Source: an uncultured Bacteroidaceae bacterium (GTDB lineage Bacteria; Bacteroidota; Bacteroidia; Bacteroidales; JAADGE01). Taken from it: 64,000 bases of DNA. Where the stretch lies: assembly GCA_964472505.1 (NCBI GenBank), contig CAYYQW010000011.1, forward strand, positions 938 to 64,937. The letters run 5' to 3'. Shown here piece by piece: positions 1 to 10,534 of the stretch (position 1 is the first letter of the stretch; each line of letters begins with the position of its first letter). Below the pieces are notes generated by a model. The model worked only from the letters and a program-made list of their open reading frames with translations, had not been told where the DNA came from and did not search any database. The position numbers were made by a program, and so were the translations under genes.

Positions 1-1236
1 CGCTACGGCATAGGGCAGGTTAATTTTGAACATCACCCAGATAGAGGTAATAAAACCAATGAGAGATACCAACCAATGCGTTTTAAAAGAAGGACGATAG
101 GAAGGCGATGCTCCGAAATGATTCAGAAATGAAATAAGGCACAATGAGCCGTAAGTCAGCATAAAAAACATGGAGATGATTTCGGCTACGGCATTTACAT
201 TGCCCAAGGCTACAAACACTAAGGCTATCAGCAGAGTTACGACCGATGCATTGAAGGGTTCATTATCTTTTTTTCGTCCTTTGGCAAGATAATTATTAAC
301 GCCCGAGCCCGGTATGGAGCGGTCGGATGCTAAGGCCTGTAAAGTGCGCGGAGCCACCATTACCGAGCCTAAAGCTGATGAAATGGTGGATGCCGCCAAA
401 CCCAAGGGAATAATAATGTAGCCGGCGATGGCAATATCACCCATTACAAATTGATTATTCACCAAATTTTCTATTGAAGCAGAACTTGACATTTTGTAGG
501 CTATGAAAAAATAAATGACCATGCCCGAAAGTGTGGCAGCAGTTGTACCGAGAGGAATAGCTCGGCGCGGTTTTTTCAAATCACCGGAAAGACCGACTCC
601 GGCTGTCATACCCGTAAAAGCCGGAAAAATAATGGCAAAAACCATAAAAAAGCTGTCGAAATTTCTGAGTTCTGCATTTTCCAAGCCAAAAGATGTAGTT
701 TCGCCGTGTTGCGTTCCTCCCAAAAAGAACAGTATTAGCGTAATGAATAATAGAGCTACCACAAAGTATAAGGTTTTTACACCCAGATTAGCGCCTTTGG
801 TGAGAATGATTACGCTAAGTAAAATTAAAGCCGGAATACTGACTGCTTGGCGCGGCAAAGCTATTCCGTGGCCTTCCTGCATGTATTGAAAGAAGAACTG
901 AAACGATTCGGTGAAAGCTATGACATAAAATGCTACGCTTATGGCTTGGGAAAGATAGAGTGCGGCTCCTATGGTGGCACCGATATTTAAGCCGAAAGAG
1001 CGCGAGATTATGAAATATTCCCCGCCGCCTTCTACGCGCTTATTGGTGGCGATTTCAGAAAGTGCCAAGGCGGTGGGAATTGTTACAAGATGCCCCAGCA
1101 GAATAACTAATATTACCCCCCAAAAACCGAGTGTGCCTACTGCAAAACCAAAACGCAAAAATAGTATGGCGCCGAGTATAGTAGCAATGGCAGTAAAAAA
1201 TACGGGAGCTGTACCAAATTTTCGTGATGATTCCAT
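1..1236 (-). CDS. APC-superfamily permease, SLC12/cation-chloride-cotransporter-like (N-terminal 412 aa; C-terminus lies beyond the window edge)
   Basis: Absent from the ORF track because it runs off the edge. My reverse-strand translation from the ATG at 1236 reads MESSRKFGTAPVFFTAIATILGAILFLRFGFAVGTLGFWGVILVILLGHLVTIPTALALSEIATNKRVEGGGEYFIISRSFGLNIGATIG... and ends ...IGFITSIWVMFKINLPYAVA at position 1. I spot-checked the frame only at both ends. It has many hydrophobic helices. The + strand ORFs 515-889 and 971-1396 are antisense shadows of it. Confidence 0.7.
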   Translation of the reverse strand, partial: MESSRKFGTAPVFFTAIATILGAILFLRFGFAVGTLGFWGVILVILLGHLVTIPTALALSEIATNKRVEGGGEYFIISRSFGLNIGATIGAALYLSQAISVAFYVIAFTESFQFFFQYMQEGHGIALPRQAVSIPALILLSVIILTKGANLGVKTLYFVVALLFITLILFFLGGTQHGETTSFGLENAELRNFDSFFMVFAIIFPAFTGMTAGVGLSGDLKKPRRAIPLGTTAATLSGMVIYFFIAYKMSSSASIENLVNNQFVMGDIAIAGYIIIPLGLAASTISSALGSVMVAPRTLQALASDRSIPGSGVNNYLAKGRKKDNEPFNASVVTLLIALVFVALGNVNAVAEIISMFFMLTYGSLCLISFLNHFGASPSYRPSFKTHWLVSLIGFITSIWVMFKINLPYAVA

Positions 1237-1314
1237 AGCGTATTTAGCTTATCAAAATAACAAGCGTAAAAGTAGAATTTTATTTGAAAATTTCTGTTAT
1301 TTGGGAAAATGTTT

Positions 1315-2637
1315 TTACTCAATCAAACCGCCGGTAATTTGCATCAAATCGGTATGTGTGGCTGTTAAGTTATATTCGGCTTGTAATTTTGTGTAGGCCG
1401 CATTCAGATAATTAATTTGTACATCCCGATAATTGAAAGAATTAATGGCTCCGCGTTCAAATCGGTCTTTGGAGATTTCCAGATTCAGCTCGGCGGCTTC
1501 TAAGTTTTCGCGAGCCACCAGAAGCACTTGTTTTCGGACTTCATACATATCACTGAGTGCGTATAGGTTACTTTTTAGTTGTAACTCCAAATCGTTAATT
1601 TGCAATTGCATTTTTTCTGCTTCAATGCGCGCATTGGCAATCTGCCTTTTGCGGTTGCCGCCGTCAAAAATGGTATAAGATAAATTCAAATTGGCATACA
1701 TATTATAAGAATAGCTGTCGTTGAAATCATTCTGATTATATTTGGCCCACGATTGCGTATAGTCCGTTCCGGCATTTAAAGCAAGGGAAGGGTAGCGTGC
1801 ACTTTCTGCAATTTTTATATAGTTCTCTGTCATGCGGCTTCCGGTGCGCATCATTTCTAAGTTTGTGTTTTTTTCCAACAATAAAGCCTCTAATTCTGCA
1901 AGCGAGTAGTCCCTTATTTCCGCACTGAGTTCATCGGTAAGTACATAATCGGTGAAACTTGTATCGGCCAATGCTTTATTGAGCCTTCGCATGGCAGTAC
2001 TGTAGGCCGATTGCTGTGTCAGATAGTTAGCGCTGTCTTGCAGAAAGGCATTTTTTACCTGCAACATGTCATAGCTTACCGCCGTGCCTAATTTCAGCCG
2101 CTCTTCTATGTATCGGTAGCGGTCTTTTGACAGTTTTGTAAGTTCTTTCAGCACATCCAATTTTTCTTGTTCCAACAGCACGTAGTAGTAGGCATGAATA
2201 ATTTCGGAAAGTGTATTTTCCACGGTATTTTGCATCTCAATACGAGCCGATTCTTCCGATAATTCAAGATTCGCTTTATTGGTTTGAATTCTGAAACCGT
2301 TAAAGAGTATCATTTGCGCATTAGCGTTTGGCCTTAGGCTGTGCGATTGTATTTCATCTCGGGCATCCGGCACCGTGTTACTTTCGGAATTGTCGTAACG
2401 ATTGCTTTGCATGATTCCGGCTGTAACCGTGGGCAGCATTCCGGCATTTCCAAGGGTGTTATTGTTTTCGGCAATTTGTAAATCGGCGTTGGATATTTGG
2501 ATTTGAAAATTATTTTGAAGTCCCAGCTCCAGTGCTTGGTCAAGACTCAGGTAAACCGTATCTTGGTTCTGTGCCTGAAGGCCGGAAAAGCTGATTAGAA
2601 ATAGGCAAATGATTCCGAATTGTTTCATTGCTGACAT
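1315..2637 (-). CDS. TolC-family outer-membrane efflux channel
   Basis: 440-aa ORF with a signal peptide (MSAMKQFGIICLFLISFSGLQAQ) and a long coiled-coil-rich sequence typical of the TolC/OprM family. It is the last gene of an MFP-RND-OMP arrangement on the - strand. Confidence 0.85.
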   Translation of the reverse strand: MSAMKQFGIICLFLISFSGLQAQNQDTVYLSLDQALELGLQNNFQIQISNADLQIAENNNTLGNAGMLPTVTAGIMQSNRYDNSESNTVPDARDEIQSHSLRPNANAQMILFNGFRIQTNKANLELSEESARIEMQNTVENTLSEIIHAYYYVLLEQEKLDVLKELTKLSKDRYRYIEERLKLGTAVSYDMLQVKNAFLQDSANYLTQQSAYSTAMRRLNKALADTSFTDYVLTDELSAEIRDYSLAELEALLLEKNTNLEMMRTGSRMTENYIKIAESARYPSLALNAGTDYTQSWAKYNQNDFNDSYSYNMYANLNLSYTIFDGGNRKRQIANARIEAEKMQLQINDLELQLKSNLYALSDMYEVRKQVLLVARENLEAAELNLEISKDRFERGAINSFNYRDVQINYLNAAYTKLQAEYNLTATHTDLMQITGGLIE

Positions 2638-2721
2638 AATAATATGATATTTTAATAAACTGTATTTTTATCAATAATAATTTACTTGCCGGGCATAAAA
2701 AATACCCGGCGAGCCGACAAT

Positions 2722-5700
2722 TTATTCAATTTTTCGTTTGCTGTGAATAACGGCAACCTCTACTTCTTCGGGTTCAGGTTTTACGCCGGTACGGATATAC
2801 TTTATAATTACTTTTGCGTCATTCAGTACCAAAATAATGGGCGGAAATAAAACCAAAATAAAACCGGTTCCGAAAAATACGCCGTAGGCTAATGAAATGG
2901 CCATGGGTATTAAAAACTGAGCTTGGAAACTTTGCTCCAAAATTAAGGGATAAAGGCCGATGGTGGTTGTAATGGTGGTCAGAAGTATGGGGCGAAAGCG
3001 TGAAAGAGCAGCTCTTCTGACGGCGTCAACTACTTTATCGCCTTCCAATAAATTAGAATTGTATTTTGACAGAAAAACCACGGCATCATTTATAATAACT
3101 CCCGAAACGGCTACCATTCCCCAGGCGCTGAGAATGGAAACGACTTTTCCTTCCAGTCCGTGTCCCCAAACAGCTCCGAGCCAAGCCAAAGGAATCATCA
3201 TAAGAATAATGAGCGCCTGCCATGCCGAACGGAAATGCAGCATAAGGATTAATACAATAATCAGAAAGGCCAGTGAGAAATATACTTGCATTTCGGCAGC
3301 GGTTTCGTTGCTTCGTTTTTGTTGGCCTTGGTAGTCAACTGAAATACCCGGATATTTTTGTTGCATAACCGGAATTATTTCTTCTCGAATACGTTCCAAA
3401 ACCGGCGGAACGGGTGTTTCCGGATTCACCATATTGGCTTCTACGGTAATTTCGCGTTTGGCATTATAACGCCTGATTTTTACCGGGCCTCTTTCCAAAT
3501 CGTATTCAATTAATTCCGACAAAGGATATTCGCCGGCCGGTGTTTTTATCTTCATACTTTCAAACTGACCCATGGTCATGCGGTCGCTGCTCGGGTAGCG
3601 CACCCAGAAACGCAACTCGTCTTTTCCGCTTTGCAGCCGTTGAGCCTGAGCGCCGTAGAATCCGGCTCGCACTTGTGCAGTTATGCTGTTATAATCCAAA
3701 CCTAAAAAATAGGCTTTGGGTTTTAATTGAATTCTGATTTCTTGTTGGCCGGCGGCATTATTGTCTGAGATATTATGGATTTCTTCAATATTCTCCAATT
3801 CGTCTTCCAGAAAACTTTTGGCTTCAATAAGTTCATCGGTATTTATACCCAGCAGGGTAACAGAAACCGGCGCTCCGAATCTCGAAGCACGGGCATCAAC
3901 GCGCAGCCTTTCAAGCTCCGGATGCTCTCCTATTTTTTCTTTCAGCCGATTTCTAATATCGTAAGAAGTAACCGGCGCACCTTCCATATCGCGCAGTCCT
4001 ACCATTAGAGAGCCGGCATGCGATCCGCTTTCAATGCCGTTAAAAGATGAGCCGAGAATTTGAAAGGTAAAATCTACGAAATCAGCCGTATCATTGTATT
4101 CTTCTTTCAGTTCACGATTTACTTCCTGTGCCAAGCTGTCAAATTCCATAAGATAGGCTTCCGTTCTTTCGGCTCCTTCGCCGGGTTTGAAAGCAAAATC
4201 TACATTGAAATTATCAAAAGCCATGGACGGGAAAAATGTGGCATTCAGAATACGGCCTTCAAACATTCCTACAGTTAGCAGCATGACGAATATGGGAATA
4301 ATTACCATGATTTTTCGCCATTTTATCACAAAATTTAAAGTACCGAGGTAAACCTTATCTCTGAGATAAAAAATCCATTTATTAAGTGTTTTTCTTATTT
4401 TGCTGCCTCCGTTGCTGTCTCTTTTCATAACGCCGTGGTTTCCGAGATGAGCGGGCAATACAAAAAAAGCTTCGCCGAGTGAGAAAAATAAACTTACGGC
4501 CACTACAAATGCCATTTCAAACATAAATTCCATACCGCCCTGCCTTACCAGCAAAAGGGGAGAGAATGCAATAATGGTTGTAGAAATGGAGGTTACTACG
4601 GCCGGCATTACTTCCATAGTGCCGTCAACGGCTGCTTTCATGGGGCTTTTGCCGGCTTCAAAATGAGCGTAAATGTTCTCACCGATTACAATGCCGTCAT
4701 CCACCAAAATACCGATTACCAGTATCATACCAAAGAGTGAAATCATGTTAATGGTAACACCGTAAAGAACGGCGATTATAAACATGGCCAGAAAAGACGA
4801 AGGAATGCCCCAGGCGACCCAAGCCGAAACGCGCAAATTCATGAAAAGTGCTAAGGTAATAAGCACTAAAAGCAAGCCGATACCGCCATTGCTGTACAGT
4901 AGATTTAATCGGCTTTTTAGAACATCCAGAAAGTCAAAATTTATACTTATTTGGACATCTTCATGCTCTGCATTAAATTCATCAACGTATGCGTTTACAT
5001 ATTTCGAAATTTCCTCCAAATCTTCTTCGGGCAATTTGCTTATGGAAACTTGTACGGCTTGTTTGCCGTTGAGTTTGAAGCCGGAAGAAACATCGGCAAA
5101 TTTTTCTTTAACTTCGGCTACATCGCGAATGCGAATATAACTGCCGTCGGGTTTTCCGCGTATAATGATTTGCCCGATTTCATTGGGATCCACCGAGCGA
5201 TTGCGCGCTCGAATCAGTATTTCCTGATCGGGTGATTTTAACATGCCGCCCGAAACATCAATGTTGTTCGAAGCTATGGCACGTCGAATTTCTTCAAAGG
5301 TGAGCTCGTAACGCAGCAGTACTTCCTCTTTTATCTCAATGGAAATCTCAGGAGGCGGAAAGCCGGATATATTTATTTGAGAGACAACACCCGAAGCCAA
5401 AAAATCGTCTTCAATTTGGTAGGCATAATCTTTCAGGTTTTTCAGATTAGTGTTTCCGTACACACTCAGGTACATAGCCATGCTACGTGAGCGTTGTTTG
5501 GCTACAATGGGGCGTTCGGCAGCCGAGGGCAGGGAACTGATTCCGTCCACGGCATTTTTTACTTCGGCCAGCGTTTCGTTGATGTCATATTCGCCGGTGG
5601 TTTCAATGCGTACCGTGGTGAAGTTTTCCGATGATGTGGAGTTGATTTCTTTTATGCCCACAAGGCCTCTTACGGCTTGCTCGATGCGCGTAGTTACGCC

Positions 5701-5886
5701 TTCGTCCATTTCTTTGGGAGAGGCTCCGGGGTAGGCTACACTAACGGTTATGATACGCGATTTGGTTTCGGGGAAAAAAGACTTTTTCATGCTGAAAAAT
5801 GCAGCGGTACCTGCAAATAACAGAATCGCTATGATTATATTGGCATAAAAAGGATATTTTACAAAAGTTGCTATAAGCTTTCTCAT
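2722..5886 (-). CDS. RND efflux transporter permease (AcrB/CzcA superfamily)
   Basis: 1054-aa ORF with the 12-TM plus two large periplasmic loops layout. N-terminus MRKLIATFVKYPFYANIIIAILLFAG and motifs such as GILVDDGIVIGENI are characteristic of the family. Confidence 0.95.
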   Translation of the reverse strand: MRKLIATFVKYPFYANIIIAILLFAGTAAFFSMKKSFFPETKSRIITVSVAYPGASPKEMDEGVTTRIEQAVRGLVGIKEINSTSSENFTTVRIETTGEYDINETLAEVKNAVDGISSLPSAAERPIVAKQRSRSMAMYLSVYGNTNLKNLKDYAYQIEDDFLASGVVSQINISGFPPPEISIEIKEEVLLRYELTFEEIRRAIASNNIDVSGGMLKSPDQEILIRARNRSVDPNEIGQIIIRGKPDGSYIRIRDVAEVKEKFADVSSGFKLNGKQAVQVSISKLPEEDLEEISKYVNAYVDEFNAEHEDVQISINFDFLDVLKSRLNLLYSNGGIGLLLVLITLALFMNLRVSAWVAWGIPSSFLAMFIIAVLYGVTINMISLFGMILVIGILVDDGIVIGENIYAHFEAGKSPMKAAVDGTMEVMPAVVTSISTTIIAFSPLLLVRQGGMEFMFEMAFVVAVSLFFSLGEAFFVLPAHLGNHGVMKRDSNGGSKIRKTLNKWIFYLRDKVYLGTLNFVIKWRKIMVIIPIFVMLLTVGMFEGRILNATFFPSMAFDNFNVDFAFKPGEGAERTEAYLMEFDSLAQEVNRELKEEYNDTADFVDFTFQILGSSFNGIESGSHAGSLMVGLRDMEGAPVTSYDIRNRLKEKIGEHPELERLRVDARASRFGAPVSVTLLGINTDELIEAKSFLEDELENIEEIHNISDNNAAGQQEIRIQLKPKAYFLGLDYNSITAQVRAGFYGAQAQRLQSGKDELRFWVRYPSSDRMTMGQFESMKIKTPAGEYPLSELIEYDLERGPVKIRRYNAKREITVEANMVNPETPVPPVLERIREEIIPVMQQKYPGISVDYQGQQKRSNETAAEMQVYFSLAFLIIVLILMLHFRSAWQALIILMMIPLAWLGAVWGHGLEGKVVSILSAWGMVAVSGVIINDAVVFLSKYNSNLLEGDKVVDAVRRAALSRFRPILLTTITTTIGLYPLILEQSFQAQFLIPMAISLAYGVFFGTGFILVLFPPIILVLNDAKVIIKYIRTGVKPEPEEVEVAVIHSKRKIE

Positions 5887-5989
5887 GGTTATTTTTTTAT
5901 TCGAAACGCTTTTTCAAAAATAAAGTGCAAAGCTTCATTATATTTGCTCAGTGTAGTTAATTATGCCTTGCAGAGGATGATTGTTTGCT

Positions 5990-7114
5990 TTAGTTTCGGA
6001 TATGTATTTCCGTATTTTCTTTGGCGTTAACCAGTGCTTCGGTAACCACCATGGTACCTTCGGTAAGCCCGTTAAATATGAGAGTTTCTTCGTTAGTTTT
6101 TATAATATTGATTTGTTCTTTTTTCAGACGCCCGTCTTTTACCGTAAATACTTCGTTGTGATTCATAACAGCGCTTCGGTCAATAAGCATGGCGTTTTCC
6201 ACCTTTATATCCGAAAATACGGCTTGCATGTATTCACCTTGGTAAATCGGCTCTTTCTGTTTGGTGTGAATGCTTACAAACACCGATACCGATTGCGTTT
6301 GCGGATCCACAAAATCCGAAATACGCTGAACGCTTCCTTTAAATTCTTTTTTTCCGCTTTCGGATGTCAGACTAACAGGGTCACCTTTTTTTATGAATTT
6401 TGCATCATACGGCTCTACCGTTGCTTCTAATTCCAGTTTGTCGGTACGAATCATGCGGGCGATTTTGCCTCCGGGATTGGCAACGGTACCAACTTCGGCA
6501 AATACTTCCGAGAATGTTCCGGTAAAGGGGGCGTAAAGAGCATATTTACTCAGGCGGATTTCTTCGCTTTTAATGGCGTAATAATCGCTGAGTATGTTTT
6601 TGGATGTTAAATAGACTTTTTCTCTTCCCGACCTAATTTCCGGCAGCGGCGGAATGCTTTTGTTTATATCGGTTTTTTCAAAAAACTCCAACCATTTGGG
6701 ATGGCTCTCGGGATAGTCAATTTTAAAATCGGGCAGCAAATTGGCTATTGAGTTAAGAAACCTACTTTTCCGTGCTTTGAGTGCATATTGGGCTTCTTCG
6801 CTGAAAATACGTACCAGCAGTTGTCCTTTTCTAAAGCTTTGGCCTTTTTTCAAAGGTACATGTCCGCTTAATATTTTACCCTGAACTTCGGAACTCAAAT
6901 CTACAAAATTTTGCGAAGCAACTCGCCCGCTTGCTTTTGTTTTGGAAGTTATGGTTTTATATTCCACTGCTTGAGCTTCAGCATAGCGTTTTACTTTTTG
7001 CGGCGGTTTTACTTTTGGATCGGGTTCCAAGCTGCTCAGGCCTTTCATGCCAAAAAAGCCAAGAGCCAGTAGAAGTATTATTCCTGCGGCGGTTATGTAA
7101 TGTCTTCGTTGCAT
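5990..7114 (-). CDS. RND efflux periplasmic adaptor (membrane fusion protein, HlyD-like)
   Basis: 374-aa ORF with an N-terminal membrane anchor (YITAAGIILLLALGFFGM) and lipoyl/beta-barrel style segments. It sits immediately upstream of the RND permease. Confidence 0.9.
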   Translation of the reverse strand: MQRRHYITAAGIILLLALGFFGMKGLSSLEPDPKVKPPQKVKRYAEAQAVEYKTITSKTKASGRVASQNFVDLSSEVQGKILSGHVPLKKGQSFRKGQLLVRIFSEEAQYALKARKSRFLNSIANLLPDFKIDYPESHPKWLEFFEKTDINKSIPPLPEIRSGREKVYLTSKNILSDYYAIKSEEIRLSKYALYAPFTGTFSEVFAEVGTVANPGGKIARMIRTDKLELEATVEPYDAKFIKKGDPVSLTSESGKKEFKGSVQRISDFVDPQTQSVSVFVSIHTKQKEPIYQGEYMQAVFSDIKVENAMLIDRSAVMNHNEVFTVKDGRLKKEQINIIKTNEETLIFNGLTEGTMVVTEALVNAKENTEIHIRN

Positions 7115-7266
7115 TGTAATCAGGTTTAAAAAATTCGGGGCGCAAGTTACGAATTATATTCAGAGATTTATGTCTATTTTTTCTGCTTTTGTGATTCTTT
7201 AACAGTTGTTTGTTTTCTGTAAAAACATCTTAAACGATTTGTCGAATTTTTGCGGATTTTATGAGA

Positions 7267-7304
7267 TAAAAAAGATCGCTCGGCCGAAGAAACAACCGAG
7301 CGAT
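7267..7304 (-). terminator. Rho-independent terminator after the OmpA/PorE-like gene
   Basis: 9-bp stem atcgctcgg / ccgagcgat with a 12-nt loop. On the - strand it is followed by a U-run (plus-strand A-run 7268-7273), 36 nt after the stop at 7340. Confidence 0.6.
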
Positions 7305-7339
7305 AAAAATCCCAAGTAAACTATTGTTGTAGGAGAGGT

Positions 7340-9526
7340 TTACATTTTTGTAATCTTAAATTCTGTTCTTCGGTTTTCCTGATGTTCTTCCGGTGAGCAA
7401 GGAACGCCGTTGGAGCAGTGGTTCACTAATTGAGTTTCACCGTAGCCCTTGCCGGTAATACGTTCCGGATTATTTATTCGTTCTTTAATATAATTAGCGG
7501 ATGAATTGGCTCTTCTTTGTGAAAGTTTCATGTTATAGGAATCGCTGCCTCGGCTGTCGGTATGAGCGCCTAATTCAATTGCCATGTTTGGATATTCATT
7601 CATTACTTTTACAATTTTGTCCAGCTCTGCCGCAGCATCCGGTCGGATGGAATGGCTGTTCAAATCGAAATATATAGGGTTTAAATCTACCAGTTTACCT
7701 AAATCTAAGCCCACATCAATCTTGGTTAGTGTTATATCAATTTCCTCATGCACATTATACAATCCGGCTTTGTCAATTAACTTTTTGTACTCAGCTTCCT
7801 TTTTTAGATAACCTTCTTTTTCTATCGTGATATCGTAGCTGAGCATGTCATTAATCTTCTTATCTTCCAATTCGTTGTGATAATCTCCGCTTTGGTCAGT
7901 AACAAACTGTATGGTTTCATTGCTTTCTGTGTCTTTCATGGTAATTTTAGCATTTTCAACCGGTTCGCCCGATTCTTTTTCGGTAATTAGAAAACGGAGG
8001 GAAATGTCCGGGATTTTTTTCAGAACTACATCAGCTCTTGTCGATTTTGTTACGCCTGTCGTATTGAGGCTGTTACTGCCTTGCGTATAGTCCGTTTTAT
8101 CGCCGGTGAGGCTGTATTTTTTGTCAGCTTGGGCTAAAAATTTATAGTAACCGTCTTCTTGGGTTTCTGCGGTTTTTAGAACTTGACCTTCAGTATTATA
8201 CAGTTTTACTTGTGTATTAGCTAATACATTGTTTTTCGAGTCTTTAGCGTAGCCTTCGATATATATTCCGAACGGGCGATGCATGGTAAAGGCATAAATA
8301 TCATCGTCGCCGCTGCCGCTTGGCCGGTTGGATGAGAAAAAGCCTTTTTCCATTTCGGTATCTGCGCTTAGCGCAAAATCATCATAGCTGTTGTTCACCG
8401 GCACACCGAGGTTTACGGGTTTGGTGAATTTGCCGTTTTCATATCTTGAATAAAAAATGTCCAATCCGCCAAGGCCTAAGTGCCCATCCGAGGCAAAGAA
8501 AAAATAACCGCTGTGATGAAAAAACGGAAACATTTCTTTGCCTTCGGTATTGACCACAGTTCCAAGGTTTTCAGGCTTTGTCCATTCATTATTTTCATTC
8601 CTTTTGCTTAACCATATATCAGTTTCGCCTTGTCCACCCGGCATATCGGATACAAAAAACATGGTTTTGCCATCGGGTGTAAGGGCTGCATGACCTACGG
8701 AATATTCTTTATCATTGTATGGAAATGTTTGTGCTTCCTGCCATTCGCCGTCTGCAAATTCAGAATAATACAATTCCAATTTTATCACCTCATCAGAGCT
8801 TTTGGCAGTATAATTATTTCGTGTGTAAACCATAAAATCGCGATCGGCATTAAAACTCACCGGGCCTTCGTGGTATTTTTTATTGAAATCTTTCTGAAAT
8901 TTTCTTACTTCGCTCAATTCATTGTCTTCCGACACATCGGCAATGTATAAATCCAAAAATGGCAGCTCATTCCAATTCCATTTACGTTTCACGGGCGTTA
9001 TGGCTTCTCTTGTAGAAGCAAAAACCACCGTACTGTCGCTGAGATAGTGTGCACCAAATTCTTGATGAATGCCGTTAATGGCCAAATTCTTAATGCTAAA
9101 GCGTTGATTATCTTTTAGTAAGATGTTTCGGTATTCCGGATTTTCGGAAAAACGCTTGGCGCGACTGTCATCGGGAGACATTTTGGCGTAAGTCGACAAC
9201 TGCTTCTCAGCTTCGTCGTACTTTTGATTGATTTCCAAAACGTAGGCATACTGATATACATCATCGCGCGTTTTCTCTTCGCTTGTGGCCAGTTCGACAT
9301 AGTATTTTTCGGCATTTTCATAGTCGCCGGAATAGAAATAACTCTCGGCCAATTTTCTCTTAATTTCGGGTGTCTTGTCCGAAACTCTTTCAAATTTTTC
9401 AATGCTCTCCGGATACGAATAGCCGGCATATAATTTCTCGGCTTTTTTCAGCACGGGACTTTGTCCGAAGCCCTGCCCAAAGAGCATAATTCCTGCTGAA
9501 AGAAGAATGTATTGTATGAATTTCAT
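7340..9526 (-). CDS. PorE-like outer-membrane protein (TPR + PD40/TolB-type beta-propeller + carboxypeptidase-regulatory-like domain + OmpA C-terminal peptidoglycan-binding domain)
   Basis: 728 aa with a signal peptide. TPR-like N-terminus (AESYFYSGDYENAEKYYVEL). Repeated PD40-type motifs (FFVSDMPGGQGETDIWLS, FFFASDGHLGLGGLDIFYS, GFFSSNRPSGSGDDDIYAF). OmpA_C signature at the C-terminus (IELGAHTDSRGSDSYNMKLSQRRANSSANYI...NRRTEFKI). Confidence 0.85.
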   Translation of the reverse strand: MKFIQYILLSAGIMLFGQGFGQSPVLKKAEKLYAGYSYPESIEKFERVSDKTPEIKRKLAESYFYSGDYENAEKYYVELATSEEKTRDDVYQYAYVLEINQKYDEAEKQLSTYAKMSPDDSRAKRFSENPEYRNILLKDNQRFSIKNLAINGIHQEFGAHYLSDSTVVFASTREAITPVKRKWNWNELPFLDLYIADVSEDNELSEVRKFQKDFNKKYHEGPVSFNADRDFMVYTRNNYTAKSSDEVIKLELYYSEFADGEWQEAQTFPYNDKEYSVGHAALTPDGKTMFFVSDMPGGQGETDIWLSKRNENNEWTKPENLGTVVNTEGKEMFPFFHHSGYFFFASDGHLGLGGLDIFYSRYENGKFTKPVNLGVPVNNSYDDFALSADTEMEKGFFSSNRPSGSGDDDIYAFTMHRPFGIYIEGYAKDSKNNVLANTQVKLYNTEGQVLKTAETQEDGYYKFLAQADKKYSLTGDKTDYTQGSNSLNTTGVTKSTRADVVLKKIPDISLRFLITEKESGEPVENAKITMKDTESNETIQFVTDQSGDYHNELEDKKINDMLSYDITIEKEGYLKKEAEYKKLIDKAGLYNVHEEIDITLTKIDVGLDLGKLVDLNPIYFDLNSHSIRPDAAAELDKIVKVMNEYPNMAIELGAHTDSRGSDSYNMKLSQRRANSSANYIKERINNPERITGKGYGETQLVNHCSNGVPCSPEEHQENRRTEFKITKM

Positions 9527-9545
9527 AACTTATATTTTTTTATGA

Positions 9546-10478
9546 TTAGAAATATCTTGGTGAACGGATTTTTTGTTTCTCTCCGAAAATAAAATCGTAT
9601 CGCAGCATCACTTCGTGGCTTCCGCCGTTGTAGCGAAAACTTGTATTCGTGAAAGACCAATCATAAGAATATCCGAAAGCAAACTGATCGGTGATATTCA
9701 TGCCGGCCAGCAGTCCGGCGGCATCACCGGTACGGAACATGGCTCCAAGCCAAATTCGGTCTCTGAAATACAAAGTACCCGTCAAATCAACTTCCATCGG
9801 AGCGGCTGCCGTTACTTTTACGAAAGTGGTGGGTTTGAATTTAAGGTCTTGATTTAAAGTCAGCATCGTACCGGCTATAAAAAAGTAATGCTTTTCTTCC
9901 GAAGCCGGATTGGTGTTTCCGGAGGTGCTGTTTTCGGCAAAATCATTTTCCAACAATTTGGGCGATGATGCACCAAAGTAATATTTATCGGTAAAGTAAT
10001 AGAGTCCGAAACCAAAGTTAGGCAACAGTTTACTCTGAATATTATTTGCAAAAGCCGGATCTAAAGCATCGCCGGTAGCGAGTTGGTTAAGTTCGTTGCT
10101 CATCATGTTCATGCCGGCTTTGATGCCGAAAGCGAGATGGGCTTTTTGACTTACCTTTATTTTATAAGAAAAATCCAGAAAAAAGCCGGTGGTATTGGTC
10201 GGGCCAATGGCATCGTTAATAAATGACAGCCCGATACCGGTGTTCTTGAACAAGAGCGGACTGTGCATATTAATGGTTTGTGTGGTAGGCGCGCCGTCAA
10301 AACTCACCCATTGTGAGCGGTGAAGCCCGGTAACGGTAAGAGCATCGCGGCTGCCTGCATAAGCCGGGTTAATGGCTATGGTGTTGAACATGTAGTGCGT
10401 AAACATGGCATCTTGTTGGGCATTGGACGTAAAGAGCAGGCCAAATGCGAGAACAGATATGAGTAATATTTTCTTCAT
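9546..10478 (-). CDS. PorP/SprF-family type IX secretion system outer-membrane protein
   Basis: 310 aa. The N-terminus ...SNAQQDAMFTHYMFNTIAINPAYAGSRDALTVTGLHRSQW and the C-terminal ...RSPRYF are the hallmark family signature. It sits directly downstream of a type B CTD protein gene. Confidence 0.9.
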   Translation of the reverse strand: MKKILLISVLAFGLLFTSNAQQDAMFTHYMFNTIAINPAYAGSRDALTVTGLHRSQWVSFDGAPTTQTINMHSPLLFKNTGIGLSFINDAIGPTNTTGFFLDFSYKIKVSQKAHLAFGIKAGMNMMSNELNQLATGDALDPAFANNIQSKLLPNFGFGLYYFTDKYYFGASSPKLLENDFAENSTSGNTNPASEEKHYFFIAGTMLTLNQDLKFKPTTFVKVTAAAPMEVDLTGTLYFRDRIWLGAMFRTGDAAGLLAGMNITDQFAFGYSYDWSFTNTSFRYNGGSHEVMLRYDFIFGEKQKIRSPRYF

Positions 10479-10500
10479 GGTATATATTATATTTATGATA

Positions 10501-10534
10501 AAAAATAAAAAGAGGGAGCCCGAAGGCTCCGCCC
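10501..10534 (-). terminator. Intrinsic terminator/attenuator between the adhesin gene and the porP/sprF-like gene
   Basis: On the - strand: gggcggagcc-ttcg-ggctccctc, a GC-rich stem with a UUCG loop, followed by tttttatttttt. It starts 5 nt after the adhesin stop codon (10539-10541). Confidence 0.6.

Noticed and set aside
2688-2710. GC-rich hairpin (gccggg...cccggc) between the RND and TolC genes as a terminator
   Set aside because: It has only a 6-bp stem with an 11-nt loop and no U-tract on the transcribed (-) strand. It more likely has little or no termination function. I noted it only under the efflux observation.
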